A stretch of DNA of 64,000 nucleotides from an uncultured Actinomycetes bacterium (GCA_963816275.1 CAWFJU010000005.1:297636-361635); one strand, 5' to 3'; shown: positions 41,838 to 54,251, numbered from the stretch's first letter. Program-made: numbers and translations. Notes: generated by a model from the sequence alone, not told the origin.

Positions 41838-43067
41838 TCAGCCGTCGATACGGTCGAGGTCCAGCTCGAAGCGGTCGTGGACGAGGCCGAGGGCACGTTC
41901 GCCGTCCGCGCGGCGCACGACGCACGAGATCCGGATCGGAGAGGTGGAGATCATCTCGATGTTGATCCCTTCCTCGGCCAGCGCGTCGAACATGTCGGCC
42001 GCGACGCCGGGATGGGTCTTCATCCCCGCCCCCACGAGGGAGACCTTCGCGATGTCGTCGTCGACCGTGAAGCCCTCGGCGCCGATCTCGCCCACCACGC
42101 GTTCCATGACGGTGCGGACGCGCGGCACGTCGACACGGGGCGCCGTGAACGAGAGGTCGGTGGCGCCGGCGTGCGAGACGTTCTGCACGATCATGTCGAT
42201 GCTGATGCCGTCGTCGGCGATCGCCCGGAACACGGTCGCGGCCACGCCGGGACGGTCGGGCACACCCCCCAGCGTGACCTTCGCCTCGTCTGCGTCGAGC
42301 GCGACCCCCGAGATCAGGACCCCTTCCATGTCGTCAACCTCCTGTACCCACGTCCCGGGTGCATCGTCGAACGAGGACCGCACGTGCAGCCTGACGCCGT
42401 ATCGCCGGGCGTACTCAACCGAGCGCGACTGCAGCACCTTCGCCCCCGCGGCCGCCAGCTCGAGCATCTCGTCGTATGAGATCAGATCGACCTTCCTCGC
42501 TTTCGGCTCGGCCCGGGGATCGGCCGTGAAGACCCCGGCCACGTCCGTGTAGATCTCACACACGTCGGCGCCGATCGCGCCGGCCATCGCGACCGCCGTG
42601 AGATCCGAGCCCCCCCGGCCGAGCGTGGTGATCTCATACTGGGTCATCGAGAGCCCCTGGAACCCGGCGAGCACCACGACGACGCCCGACTCGAGCGCCT
42701 CGATGATCCGCTTCGGGCGGATCTCGACGATCTTCGCCGACCCGTGCTGCGTGTCGGTCATGATCCCGGCCTGCGAACCCGTGTAGCTCGCGGCCTTGCA
42801 GCCCCGCGCGTTGATCGCGATCCCGAGGAGCGACATCGCGATGCGCTCCCCCGCGGTGAGCAGCATGTCGAGCTCGCGCGGGTCGGGCATGGGCGCGATC
42901 AGGTGCGCCATCTGCATCAGGTCGTCGGTCGTGTCACCCATGGCCGAGACCACGACCACGACGTCGTTGCCGGCCTCGCGGGCCGCCACGACTCGGTCCG
43001 CCACCGCCTGGATCCGATCCACGGACCCGACGGAGGTACCGCCGTACTTCTGGACGATGATGGGCAC
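41838..43067 (-). CDS. ask: aspartate kinase
   Basis: [27 protein letters not shown], and two ACT domains. Intact at 409 aa. Confidence 0.95.
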   Translation of the reverse strand: MPIIVQKYGGTSVGSVDRIQAVADRVVAAREAGNDVVVVVSAMGDTTDDLMQMAHLIAPMPDPRELDMLLTAGERIAMSLLGIAINARGCKAASYTGSQAGIMTDTQHGSAKIVEIRPKRIIEALESGVVVVLAGFQGLSMTQYEITTLGRGGSDLTAVAMAGAIGADVCEIYTDVAGVFTADPRAEPKARKVDLISYDEMLELAAAGAKVLQSRSVEYARRYGVRLHVRSSFDDAPGTWVQEVDDMEGVLISGVALDADEAKVTLGGVPDRPGVAATVFRAIADDGISIDMIVQNVSHAGATDLSFTAPRVDVPRVRTVMERVVGEIGAEGFTVDDDIAKVSLVGAGMKTHPGVAADMFDALAEEGINIEMISTSPIRISCVVRRADGERALGLVHDRFELDLDRIDG

Positions 43068-43205
43068 GCCGCGCTCCTGCTTCGGTGCTCGGGAACGCGT
43101 CCGAGTCTAGCGCCGGGACCCGGCGCGGCTCGGACGTAGGATCCCGTACCGGAGGGCGTGGGAGTTCGAGCCTCCTCTCGCACCCCTTCTGATAACGCTC
43201 GACGA

Positions 43206-44100
43206 TCATTCGATGAGCGGCGGAGGGGAGTTGGGTGCGCGATCCTCTCGATGGCCGCTGCGTTCCGCGCCCACACCGGCCACCACGACCAGAGCGATCC
43301 CGATCACCTGAACGACGCCGGGCACCTGCGAGAGCAAGGCGAAGCCCAAGATCAGCCCGATCGCCGGTTCGAGGGCCATCAGGGTCCCGAAAGCTCCAGT
43401 GGTCAGGCGCCGCAGCGCGAGGAGCTCGAGGGACATGGGCAGCACCGGCATGAGGATCGCGAGGCCGGCCGCCGCCGCGAGGACCTCCCAGCCAAGGTGC
43501 CCCGCCGCTTGAGGGACCCCAGCGATCGCGGCCGTCATGGCCGCGATCGGGATGGTGAGGGAGAGTCCCCGCAGCCCGGCGAGACGATCACCGACCCGCT
43601 GGGTCAGCACGATGTAGGTCGCCCAGCCGCAACCTGCGGACGCAGCGAGGATCACACCGAGGGGATCGACCGCGCCGAGCCACGGCTCCGTGAGAAGGAT
43701 CACACCGGCGAGCGCCATGATCGGCCAGATGAGATGCCGGTGGTTCTGACGGTGGAACGCCGCCACACAGAGAGGCCCGAGGAACTCGATCGCTACGGCC
43801 GTTCCCAAGGGGATGCGCTCGATCGCAGACAGGAAGGCGACGGTGACCAGGCCCGTCGCGATCCCGAGCGCGAGCACGGCGCCGACGTCGGAACGAGTCA
43901 GTCCGTGCACGCGAGGCCGGCTGATCGCCAGGAAGATGACCGCCCCCGCCGTGAGCCGGAGCCACGCGGTGCCGGCCGCTCCTACCGTCGCGAACAGGTG
44001 TGTCGAGAGCGCGGACCCGACCTGCACCGAGAGCATCGCGACCACTGCGAGCGTCCAAGCTGGGACACGATCGGACTGCCCGTGGGGCACCGAGGCCGAC
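43206..44100 (-). CDS. EamA/DMT-family transporter (RhtA-like)
   Basis: About 10 TM segments, duplicated EamA halves. The start codon is uncertain. Confidence 0.6.
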
Positions 44101-44754
44101 TCAGCGACCACGCCACTCGCCACGCAGTGCCAGCCGGCGGCGCTGCTGCGTGGCTGCCCCCGCGTCGAGCACACCACCGCGGTCATCGAGCGCTGTGGAC
44201 ACGCGAACCCGATGATCGACCGGGTTGTGGTCGTCGTACTTGAACTTGGCGAGGACCTCGATGATGTGGAGCCGGAGGCCCCTGATGCCCGGGAGCATGC
44301 GCCCGTAGGGTGGCTCGTCGGTCGCGACCGGGGCGTGACCGCCCTCGGGCTGGATGTGAGTGAACTGGACGCCGAGCAATGCCGCCTTGTCCTCGGGATC
44401 GTCGAGGATCACCGGACGGCAGACGAACTGAACCGACGCGTAGTAACTGGTCGGGACCCCGTCCTCGTCGGGGCCCCCCGCTTTCGCCCGCCAGGTGCTC
44501 GGGATGTAGGCGTAGTCGCCGATCACGGAGTAGCGGACCTCCTCTGCTTCCTCCAGGTGAGACCACACCGGGTTCGGGCGAGCAAGGTGGATCAGCAGCT
44601 CCTCTCCGTCGAGGACCGCATGGGTGGGGATCGCGAGCGGCGCATGCGCGGGGTCCGCGTTGTTCACGACGAGCTGACCGAAGGGCGCTGCCGTTCCCAG
44701 CCACTCGCGCCATTCGTCGTCGCTGACCGAGGCGTCCCACGGGTGAACGAGCAT
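44101..44754 (-). CDS. FMN-binding negative transcriptional regulator (PaiB family)
   Basis: An intact 217-aa ORF (VPTSYYASVQFVCRPVILDDPEDK...). Confidence 0.5.
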   Translation of the reverse strand: MLVHPWDASVSDDEWREWLGTAAPFGQLVVNNADPAHAPLAIPTHAVLDGEELLIHLARPNPVWSHLEEAEEVRYSVIGDYAYIPSTWRAKAGGPDEDGVPTSYYASVQFVCRPVILDDPEDKAALLGVQFTHIQPEGGHAPVATDEPPYGRMLPGIRGLRLHIIEVLAKFKYDDHNPVDHRVRVSTALDDRGGVLDAGAATQQRRRLALRGEWRGR

Positions 44755-44860
44755 CAGTTCGTCTCCTTCGTGTGTGGATCGGGCGGGTGGTCCGGGCGGA
44801 GGCCGAACACCTCGTCGTCGACAGTGGCGTCACTGAAGCCGGCTGGAAGCGACCCGAGCA

Positions 44861-45465
44861 TCATCGCCGTGTCTCCGAACCCACTCCCGGCTGGAAGACG
44901 GTGAGGGCGAACCGTGCGCGTTGGCGACCGCTCCGGTTGACGTATGCGTGCGGTCGGTCCGACGGGAAGTCGGCGGAATCGCCGACGCGAAGGATCTCGT
45001 CGTGGTCGCCAGCCTGCAGGTGGACCGCCCCTTCGAGGACCAAGAGCAGTTCACGCGTGCCGGAGGAATGCGGCTCGCTCTCGTAAGCATCTCCGGGACC
45101 GAGGATCCAGTCCCACAGCTCCACGACGTCGGGAGGCTCGGTGCCCGCAACCATGACGGCCGAACCACCGTTGGCGCTCCCCCATACCGGGGACGCGTCA
45201 CCCGACCGATGCACGCGGACCGGGCCGACACCGCCCACGTCGATGAGCGTCGGCAGACCCAGCCCGAGCGCATCGCTCAGGCGAAGCAGCGTCGCGATGC
45301 TGGGGTTGGTGGCGCCCTGCTCGACGTTGATCAGCATCCGGCGGCTGATCCCGGAGCGCGCGGCAAGTTCGTTCAGCGTCCATCCGCGGGAGGCACGCTC
45401 CGATCGCACCCGCTCACCGATGAGCGACGTAACGGTGGCGATGCCGGTCTCCGGGTCCTCTGACA
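44861..45465 (-). CDS. XRE-family HTH regulator with C-terminal cupin domain
   Basis: HTH (LNELAARSGISRRMLINVEQGATNPSIATLLRLSDALGL), then a cupin beta-barrel. Confidence 0.7.
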
Positions 45466-45487
45466 TGGAGTGCAGTATACTGCACTC
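45466..45487. promoter_or_regulatory. perfect 22-bp palindrome GGAGTGCAGTATACTGCACTCC abutting the XRE-cupin start codon, likely an operator
   Basis: Read directly from the sequence. The arms are exact reverse complements. Its centre TATACT could also act as a -10-like hexamer. Confidence 0.6.
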
Positions 45488-45543
45488 CATGGTCGTCCTG
45501 CTGCACCCGGTGGAACCACTCCCTCCGCGGCACCCCTCGCCGA

Positions 45544-46224
45544 CTACGCCGGCGAGGACGGTTGCGCGGGCTCCGCGACGGACGCCTGGGCGAGATTCGT
45601 GAGCGCGCCGACGAGCGTCAGGATCCCGACGGCGACGAACGCGATGATGAGCCCTCCGAAGTCACGCACGGCGTCACCCAGCCACAGCAAGGGGGAGAGG
45701 ACGACGATAGCCCCCGGTGCCAGCATCCAGAAGGTCCATCCCGGGTGGGAGCGGCGCACCAGGAGGGCCACGATGGGCAACACCACGAACACCAGGCCGG
45801 CCAACGCAACGCCTCCGGCGATGTCGAGCGGCGAGGGATCCCAGCCCTTGTCGATGCGCGCCGCATGGGACATCAGGCCGACGGCGATGCCGCATCCGAT
45901 CATCAGGATCGGGCCTGGGATCCACCAGTTCCGCTTCACCACGTCGGACATCGGTACCTCCTTCTCGACGGCTCGACGTTGGCCGAGAACCACCTGAACC
46001 CGCCACGACAGATCGGCCCCGATCCCGAGGAGGCACCGGGCGAGCATCTGCCCAGCGACTGCTCGGGATCCGACGCCTTCCTCCGCGCCGGCTTTCGCGT
46101 GCTCCCAGAGGTCGGACGCGATCTCATCCCTGCGCGCCTCGCGGATCGGGGCGGCCGCTCCGACCGTGTAGACGCGGGTCCATGCGTTGACGGTGGCGGC
46201 TGCCAGGGCGTCGGCGGATCTCAT
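45544..46224 (-). CDS. PadR-associated membrane protein (multi-TM)
   Basis: A cytoplasmic N-terminal region followed by 4-5 hydrophobic helices. Its start overlaps the PadR stop. Confidence 0.45.
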   Translation of the reverse strand: MRSADALAAATVNAWTRVYTVGAAAPIREARRDEIASDLWEHAKAGAEEGVGSRAVAGQMLARCLLGIGADLSWRVQVVLGQRRAVEKEVPMSDVVKRNWWIPGPILMIGCGIAVGLMSHAARIDKGWDPSPLDIAGGVALAGLVFVVLPIVALLVRRSHPGWTFWMLAPGAIVVLSPLLWLGDAVRDFGGLIIAFVAVGILTLVGALTNLAQASVAEPAQPSSPA

Positions 46225-46568
46225 GCCAACCCCCGCTCGATGGATCCGGCCAAACCGGCCTCGCGCGCATCCTGGTGCGCACGCTCCCCCTGGCCCGTGA
46301 CCCGATAGAGACGGCGACGAGGACGCCCTGCCGCCGCCGCGATATCGGGCGCTTCCCACCGGCTCTCCAGCAGTCCCATCCGTTCCATGCGATCGAGCGC
46401 CTTGTAGAGGGTCCCGTGGGCCGTCAGCCCGCGCCCGTGGTCACCGTCTCGGATCGCCTTCGCGAGCGAGAACCCGTGGAACTCCGGCTGACCCTCGCGC
46501 CGAAGGTCGAGGCCGGCGGCCAGGATCGCCGCCTCGAGCGGCACGAGGGCACCTGCTCGTCTCCTCAT
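46221..46568 (-). CDS. PadR-family transcriptional regulator
   Basis: Winged HTH (PLEAAILAAGLDLRREGQPEFHGFSLAKAIRDGD...GTLYKALDRMERMGLLESRWE). Confidence 0.75.
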   Translation of the reverse strand: MRRRAGALVPLEAAILAAGLDLRREGQPEFHGFSLAKAIRDGDHGRGLTAHGTLYKALDRMERMGLLESRWEAPDIAAAAGRPRRRLYRVTGQGERAHQDAREAGLAGSIERGLA

Positions 46569-46722
46569 GCCGAGAAGAATAGGAAGATATCTGCCCATAT
46601 GTCAAGACTATGGGTCGGGAGTGGGCCCCGCCGCGCCGAGGCAGGGATGGATCCCTCCATCGAACGATGGATCCCCTCGGTTCGTTGCTGCGCCCTTCGT
46701 TCGGAGCGTGGAGGATGTGCCG

Positions 46723-48341
46723 ATGGCCGATCGGGTTCGCATCTTCGCCAACGGAACGGTGTTCACCGCGCGACGAGACGACCCCTGGGCCGAGGCGATC
46801 GGGGTGCGTGGATCGGCGATCGTCGGGGTCGGCACGCTCGGCGACCTCGCGGACGAGTGGCCGGGTTCGGACACGATCGATCTGGGCGGCGGCACCGTTC
46901 TGCCCGGGCTGATCGACGCGCACAACCATTTCCTCTCGACAGGAGAGTCGCTCGCGTCGCTCGATGTTCGGTTCCCGGCCGTGGATTCGCCTGAGGCGTT
47001 GCTGGACGTGGTGCGCGCGGCCGCGCAGTCGACCCCAGCCGGCGCCGCGATCAGCGGCTTCGGCGTCGACAACGGCAAGTACGGGTTCCCGAGCCGGCGC
47101 GACCTGGACGACGCCGCCGGCGACCACCCCCTCTTCCTCCTCCACACGTCGGGGCATCACGTGCTGGTGAACTCGTCGGTCCTGACGGCGGCCGGCGTCG
47201 GCGACGACGTCGCCGACCCTCCCGGCGGCCGATTCGAGCGCGATGGGAACGGCCGGCTGACCGGCTTCTGTCTCGACGCTGCGTGCGGGGCGGTGGTGCC
47301 GACCGACGTCGACATCGGCTCACACGGCCCGAACTTCCACGTCCGGGCGTCGATCGACGAGCTGGTGGCCTCCGTCGCGCGCGCGAGCGCCGCGTTCCTC
47401 GAGGCCGGCTTGACGTGCGTCTGCGACGCGCAGGTCACGGCCCGCGAGCTCGCCGCGTACCGCGAGGCCCGAGCCCGCGGTGAGCTCCCGATCCGGACCG
47501 TGTGTATGCCGCTCTCGCATCAGCTGGGGTCGTTCGAGGAGCTCGGGCTCACGGGACCGTTCGGTGACGACCGACTCTCGATCGGACATCTGAAGGTCTA
47601 CGCCGACGGCACGCTGACCGGCGGCACGGCCGCGTTCGGCGACGGCCCGAGCATGCCCACGCAGCGAGGGTCGTTCTTCCACGAGCCCGACGATCTGGTT
47701 GGCGCTGATCGAGCGGGCGTGGACCGACGGGTGGCGGGTCGGCGTGCACGCCCAGGGCGACCGCGCCGATCTCGCTGGTGCTCGACGGGTTCGAACGAGG
47801 GCGTCGCGTCGCCCCACGCGTCGATGCCCGGCCCCGGATCGAGCACGCCGGCTATCCGACCCTCGCGGGGGTCGAGCGGATGCGCGCCCTGGACGTGATC
47901 GCCGTGCAGCAGCCGTCCTATCTGTACGACTACGGCGACGAGTACCACGGGCTGCTCGGGGACCTGGCGCACGACCTCCAGCCGTACCGGGACGAGCTGG
48001 ACGCGGGCGTGCGGGTCGTGCTCAGCAGCGACTCCGACGTGTCGACCTATCGCCCGCTCACGACGATCGCGAACGCGATGCGGCGGACGACCCGATCGGG
48101 TCTCGTGCTCGGTCCGCGGCACCGACTGACGCTGGAGGAGGCGTTGTTCGCCCACACGATCGACGCCGCCTTCGCCGTCGGCCTCGAGGCACGTATCGGC
48201 TCGCTCGAGCCCGGGAAGGAGGCCGACCTCACGGTGCTCGCCGACGACATCCGCGGGGCCGGGCCGGACGAGGTCGAGGGCGCCACGGTCACGGCGACGG
48301 TCGTCGGCGGCGAGACGCGGTTCGAACGCTCCCTACCCTAG
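46723..48341 (+). pseudogene. amidohydrolase-family metal-dependent hydrolase (Amidohydro_3-like), with 2 frame changes near 47690-47790
   Basis: N-terminal VLPGLIDAHNHF. C-terminal fragments WRVGVHAQGDRA and RPRIEHAGYP...AFAVGLEARIGSLEPGKEADLTVL lie in other frames. Confidence 0.65.
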
Positions 48342-49250
48342 GTATCCAAGCGCTGGTTGAGCAGCTTCGAGATCGGCCAGGCTCCTTCGGACGTGTTCGA
48401 GATCACCGTGTACGTCACTCCGCGGGAGTCTCGTTCGACAGCCAGCACGATCCATCGTCCATCTCGGGGACCCGGTCGCTCGGCACGATCCGACCGTCGA
48501 AGACGTGCTCCAGAACGCGCTGAGGTCCGCCGCGGTCGAGTAGATCCCGCCATCCCCGCTGCCGCGCACCGGCAGGTGGAGGACGTTCGTCCTGGGGCCG
48601 TCGGTCGTGAGGTAGCCGAGCGCCGCATCGCCGGGGAGCTCGTCGGAGCGGAAGAAGTCGGTGTGGACCATCCCCGCCGGCTCGCATACGCGTGCGCATA
48701 CCAATCATGGACGGCACGCCGCTCGTCCGCTCGGCGATCAGCGCGAGCACCACGTAGCCGCCGTTGCAATAGGCGGACCGCTCACCCGGCGGGAAGGCGG
48801 TGGGATGACCGTCGAGCACCGCGAGGTAATGCTCGGTGGTCGCGAGCTCGTGAACGGGGACCGGCATCACATGGTCCGTGATCTCGTGACCGGCATCCTC
48901 ATCGAGGTAGTCGCCGATCCCCGACCGGTGCGCGAGCAGGTGCTCGACCGTCACGCCGTCGTCGATCAGCGGGAGGTCGTCACCGAGCACCGAGCGGGCG
49001 GCCGTTCCGAGGCCCAGCGCGCCGTCCTCGATCAGGCTCATGACGGCAGCGCCGTCAGGCCCTTCGCGCCGCTCGCGATCGCGAACCGCGTGTCGACGGT
49101 GTTCGCGATCGCGTGGGCCGCGATCGGCGAGCCCGATAGGCCTTCGCGAACTCGACGCGGCCGGCGCGTTCGACCGCACGACCCCGGAGAAGCCCGATGC
49201 CTTCGGCCGCCGTGTCGATCGATGCCGCGAGCGACTCCATCGGGCGACCT
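48338..49250 (-). pseudogene. beta-lactamase-related serine hydrolase (class C/esterase-like), with 4 or more frame changes
   Basis: An SxxK-like block (FAIASGAKGLTA), a YxN-like block (AYCNGGYVVLALIAE) and a C-terminal GGIYSTAADLSAFW, all in different frames. Confidence 0.55.
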
Positions 49251-49498
49251 TATCGTCGTAGACATCACCCCTCCCCACATCCCCCGTCGAAGGGGTCTCG
49301 CCGAGGGGGTCCCGCGTCTTAGGGGCCCGGGGACCCCCGTGACGGTCGCTCCAGGCGCAACCTCGGCTTGAGGGCTGAGCGCCCGGCCGCCGTATGGCCG
49401 ACGGAGGGGAGGGAGGCTCCAGGGAGGGGCGCGCGACCTCAGAACCCGGGCGGATCGACCCATCTCGGGGCGGCTCGCTCCGTCGGAAGGGGTTCGTC

Positions 49499-50199
49499 AT
49501 GAAGAAAGTCATCACGGCAGTCATCGCATTCGGACTGCTGGTCGCGGTCGCGGCATCCGCCCCGGCCGACACCCACAGCCACGCCAGGCTGAGCCTCGTG
49601 GCCACGGGCAAGGCGGAGATCGGCTGGGTGAAGGGCCCCGACTCTCCGAAGGACCCGGACCGCTGGGCGCTGAACATGGCGCTGAACGGCCCCACCTTCT
49701 CGGGCTACACGAACGCCTACAACAACGGGTGGCTCACGAAGGATGACGCCGGCGCGACCTATATCCCGATCGCCAAGATCCGGAACCTGTCGTTCGACTT
49801 CATGAACGCATCGGGAGGCGCGTACGTGGGGGCGGGGCGCCGCGCGTGAGCATCGTGTTCACGAATGGCACGGTCGCGTACTTGTCCGCGTACTACTGCG
49901 ACACAGTGATCGCGGGTGGCGACGGGACGTGGAGCCGGGCCGACTTCACCGGTCAGACCGCGGTCGGCTGCAAGTTCTACGACTCGATCGGCGGTGTCTG
50001 GGAGTCCGACGGCACGCACACGGCGTGGGAGAACTTCGTCGCCGCGTACCCGACCCTCAAGGTCGACTACGGCGTGGTCGTGCAGGACGAGAGCGACACC
50101 GGCCCGATGCGGGCACGGATCGACCGGATCGCCATGCAGAACCACATGCAGACGAGCCTGTACACCGTCCGCTACTGCCCCACCGAGGCGAGCTGCTGA
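49499..50199 (+). CDS. secreted hypothetical protein, one frame change near 49840
   Basis: RBS plus signal peptide MKKVITAVIAFGLLVAVAASAPA. The continuation is in the frame of ORF 49846..50199. A terminator follows at 50219-50241. Confidence 0.45.
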
Positions 50200-50218
50200 C
50201 CCACGCCGCTCGCGCGAA

Positions 50219-50241
50219 AGACGGCCCGGCCCGGGCCGTCT
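50219..50241 (+). terminator. GC-rich inverted repeat AGACGGCCCGG-C-CCGGGCCGTCT followed by a TCTTCGTAT tract
   Basis: Read directly. The 11-nt arms are exact reverse complements. Confidence 0.5.
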
Positions 50242-50341
50242 CTTCGTATCCGGTCTGCGGTGCACGACGGATGCCGTAGCCCGATTTGCCCTCCCCGTGA
50301 GACCGGCGCATCATCGCCGGAACCTTGAGAGGGGGGCTTCA

Positions 50342-52080
50342 ATGGGGCGCTTCAAAGGACGGCTCGTCGCCGTGCTTGCCACGATGGCGCTGGCGGTGCC
50401 GGTGTGGACCACGACCACCGCTGCCGACGCACACGGGACGCGGACCCGTCCGACGCGCGTGCTGATCGTGCTGTTCGATCAGATGCTGCCGCAGTACGCG
50501 GACCAGTTCAACATGCCGAACTTCCGCCGGCTGCGGGACGCGGGCACGAACTTCAAGAACGCCTACCTGGGGTACATGGCGTCGGAAACGGTGATCGCCC
50601 ACAACGTCATCACGTCGGGCCAGCTCCCGAAGCACATGGGATGGGTCGACGAGGCGTATCGCGACGCCGACAACCTGCTCGGCAAGGGCGCCGGGAGCGA
50701 TGCACATCACCGGCGACCTGAGCCTCGCCGACTTCGGCACGCTGATCGAACCAACGCGGGGCTACCCGAAGCTCGCCGACTACCTGCACACGGCGTATCC
50801 CGGCACGAAGTTCATCACGGTCGGGCCAGAAGTCCTACGCGGTCGAGTCGGCGACGCGCCGCCGACCGGCGACATCGGCGGTGCGGCTGTCGAGCCGCTC
50901 GTCGAGCTCGTCTGTTCGACGACGTGCCGGACCACGCTCGGCGGGCGCTACCGGTTCCCGGCCGGCAAGAACGTGCCCGACCTACCTGACCGCCGTACTG
51001 CGGCCGCTTCTACATCAACTCGGACGGCAGCAACAACTACGGCACCACGACGGCGTTCCCGTCGTGGATGTACCCGGAGGACGGCAACCGCTTCTTCCCG
51101 GGGACCGACGCTCCGGCCCAGGCGGGCACCTCGGCGGCGACACCTGGGTCGCCGATGCGGCGATCGAGATGATGGACAAGGAGGACTGGTCCGGCATGTT
51201 CGTCACGATGGGCGCGATCGACAAGGCCGGGCACATGTGGGGCGCGCAGGACGAGCGGCGAACTTCACGGGCGTCGTGCACACGGCGCGACCGGCGGCCG
51301 ACGGGCCGCGCAGACCCACGTCCGGTGCGCCGCCGAGAACGCCGACGTCCAGCTCGGCAAGCTGCTCGACGCGGTGAAGGCGCATCGACGCGAGCGACGG
51401 CGGCGAGACCCTGGTCGTGCTGACCGCCGACCACGGCGCCACCTACGGCGAGAACTTCCACGGCAAGACGACGCGGGCGCCGGCGACAGCAACTGGTACT
51501 ACGCGCCGACCGGCGTCTGGGACGCGGCGCGTTCGTGCCGACCCGACCGAACACCGACTCTACAACCAGCCGTCGCCGGCGCTGCAGCCGCTGATCGCCA
51601 CGGGGAACATCCAGTTCTCGTACCAGTCGACGGCGATCGAGGCCTGGCTGATCGACCATTCGGTCACCAAGATGAAGGAGGGCGCCGCGGCGATGCTGAA
51701 GACGCCCGGCGTGACGGCCGCGCTACTGGCACGACGGTGATCGCTTCCGGCTCTACGGCACGAACGCGATGACCTGGTCGGAGCAGGCCTGGTGGTGGCA
51801 GCACGGCCAGGAGATCGTCGAACACGATGGCCGCCTCCAACGGGCCCGGACGTCGTCGGGCTGCTGCACGACAAGACGAGCTACGGCGTCTACGGCGACC
51901 ACGGCGGCGCGCAGGAGTCGGTGCAGCGGGTGCCGATGGTGTTCTGGTCGCCGAGCCTGGCGTTCACGAACACCGACGGGGAGCCGGTTCACGACGCCCG
52001 ACGTCATGCCGACGGTGCTCAAGCTGATGGGCATCCCGGTGGTCGGGCCGATCGACGGACGGGCGCGGCGCCTCTGGTAG
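50342..52080 (+). pseudogene. alkaline-phosphatase-superfamily enzyme (nucleotide pyrophosphatase/phosphodiesterase-like), secreted, with about 6 frame changes
   Basis: Signal peptide, then VLIVLFDQMLPQYADQF, a mid region GMFVTMGAIDKAGHMWG, VVLTADHGATYGENFHGK, and a C-terminal LLHDKTSYGVYGDHGG, spread over three frames. Confidence 0.55.
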
Positions 52081-52155
52081 CCGACCCGATCGCAACGGAT
52101 GATGAGAGGGCCCGGGAGCCTCGCGCTCCCGGGCCTTTCATCTGCTCGAGCCGGG

Positions 52156-54251
52156 CTACGCGGGGTGCACGTCGATGCCGAGCGAACGCTGCAGGAACTC
52201 GACCTCGATCTTCAGCATGTTCTCGGCAGCGCGTTCGTCGACCGGGCGGTGCGTGATACCGCTCAGCGGGATCATCGAGTGGCGGCGGCCGGCCTCCATC
52301 AGCGCCTTCGACATCTGGAGCGAATGCGTCACGTACACGTTGTCGTCGGCGAGCCCGTGGATGATCAACAGCTCGCCCCGCAGGTCGGCGGCGTCCTTCA
52401 TCAGGTCGCGCGCTCGTAGGCCTCGGGGATCGCCCTGCGGGGTGCCGAGGTACCGCTCCGTGTAGTGCGTGTCGTAGAAGCGCAGGTCGCGTGACCGGTG
52501 CGCCCGAGATCCCCGCGTGGAAGACGTCGGGGCGGCGGAGCAGCGCCGCGAGCGTCAGGTACCCGCCGTAGGACCATCCGCGGATCGCCACTCGGTCAAG
52601 GTCCAGGAAGGGATAGCGCTCGGCCGCGGCGTGCAGCGCCTCCACCTGGTCCTCGAGCGCCAGCATCGATGTAGTCGCCGGTGGACCGACTGATCCCACG
52701 CCACGCCGCGGTACGGCGTGCCCCGACCGTCGATCGACGAGCACCACGAAACCCTGGTCGGCGAACCACTGCGATTCCAGGTGCATGCGTTGCGCGTGCG
52801 CACAACGCGACCGAAGTGCGGGCCGCCGTACGGGTCGAGCAGGACCGGGAAGCGTGCGCCGTCGGCTCTTCGCCGTCCGGGGTGAGCAGCGCGGTGCGCA
52901 GCTCCTTCGGTCCGAGCGAGACGAACGTCGGCGCGCCCGGAGCACCGGCGTCTCGGCGAACCGTTCGAACGTGTGGACGGGCTCGCCGCCTCGCATGCAG
53001 CGTCGCCGGTCGGGCAGCGGCGTCGCGTCGTCTCGCTCGACCAGGACCGTGAGGTCGCCGCTCCGCGACGGCGCCGTGCACGCCGACGGCGGTCGCTGAG
53101 CGCTCGAGCGACCCTCCGCCGCCAGCCGCCACACGTGCATCTCGGTCGGTTCCTCGGTCGCGCGGAACACGACGTCGCTCGCCCGCGTCGAGCACCGAGT
53201 CGACCTGGAGGCCGGCGGGCGTCACGGGCTCGCCGTCGATCAGGAGCGTCCGCGTGTCGTCGCGATGCCCCGCCGTGAGCAGCCGGCCGCCGGGGAGCCA
53301 CGCGGGCACGCCGGGCGTGAGGTGCGTCCAGATCGTCGTCGTGGTCCTGCCCAGCACGACCTCGGTCGCGCCCGGTGTCGGGGTCGATCGCCAGCACCTG
53401 CATGTCGCGCTGGTCGCGCGACTGCACCAGCGCGAGCGGCGGACCCTCCTGCGGTCCAGGAGACCGCCGCGACGTACTCGAACGCCTCGCGATCCCACGT
53501 CGACGTCGACCCGCGACCCGTCGAGCCCCAGCACGTGCAGCGTCACGATCGCGTTCGCGGTGCCGGCCTGCGGATAGCGCATGGCGCGCGGCGGCGGCCG
53601 GGGATCGATCGGCGAGCGCGATATGCCAGGTCGGGAGCGGCCGGTCGTCGACGCGGCAGGCGAGCAGCCGGTCGCCGTCGGGCGCCCACCAGTACCCGCG
53701 GCGGCGCTCCATCTCCTCGGCCGCGACGAACTCGGCGAGCCCCCAGTGGACGTCGGGGTCGTCGTCGTGCGGCGAGCGCCGGTCGGTCCCGGCCTCCGAG
53801 ATCGATCGCGTGCAGCGCACCGTCGGTGACGTAGGCGACGTGCCGACCCGTGGGGTCGGGTCGCGGATCGAACGCCGGACCCGGCGGCGCGAGCTCGCGG
53901 GCACCGCCCTCGATCAGATCGGCCACGAGCAGCTGGTCCCCGACCACGAACGAGGCGATCGTGCAGGGCCGGATCGGCCGCGTAGGTCACGACGCCCGTC
54001 TGGCGCTCGCGCAGTCCGCTCGCGCCGATCGCGCTCCGCGTCGCTGACGTGCTCCTCGGGGTCGGGCCCGTGGACCAAGACGCTCGCGGTCGTCGGCGAC
54101 GTCGAGCACCCACAGCGAGGCCAGCGGATCGTCACCCGGGCCGTGCGAAGGAACGCGACCCGCGAACCGTCGGAGGCGATCGAGAACGACCGGGGAGGCC
54201 GAGGTTGAAGCCGCGCGTGCGCGCGTACTGGCGAGGGAACGGATCGGTCAT
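52156..54251 (-). pseudogene. S9-family serine peptidase (dipeptidyl aminopeptidase / prolyl oligopeptidase-like), with 6 or more frame changes
   Basis: A C-terminal catalytic domain (GWSYGGYLTLAALLRRPDVFHAGISGAPVT...IIHGLADDNV...GITHRP) and beta-propeller fragments (DPDVHWGLAEFVAAEEMERRRGYWWAPDGDRLLACRVDD) in many frames. Confidence 0.6.

Noticed and set aside
45470-45997. 175-aa plus-strand ORF starting inside the palindrome
   Set aside because: It is Thr/Pro/Ser/Ala-rich and antisense to a clean multi-TM membrane protein gene (45544..46224 minus).
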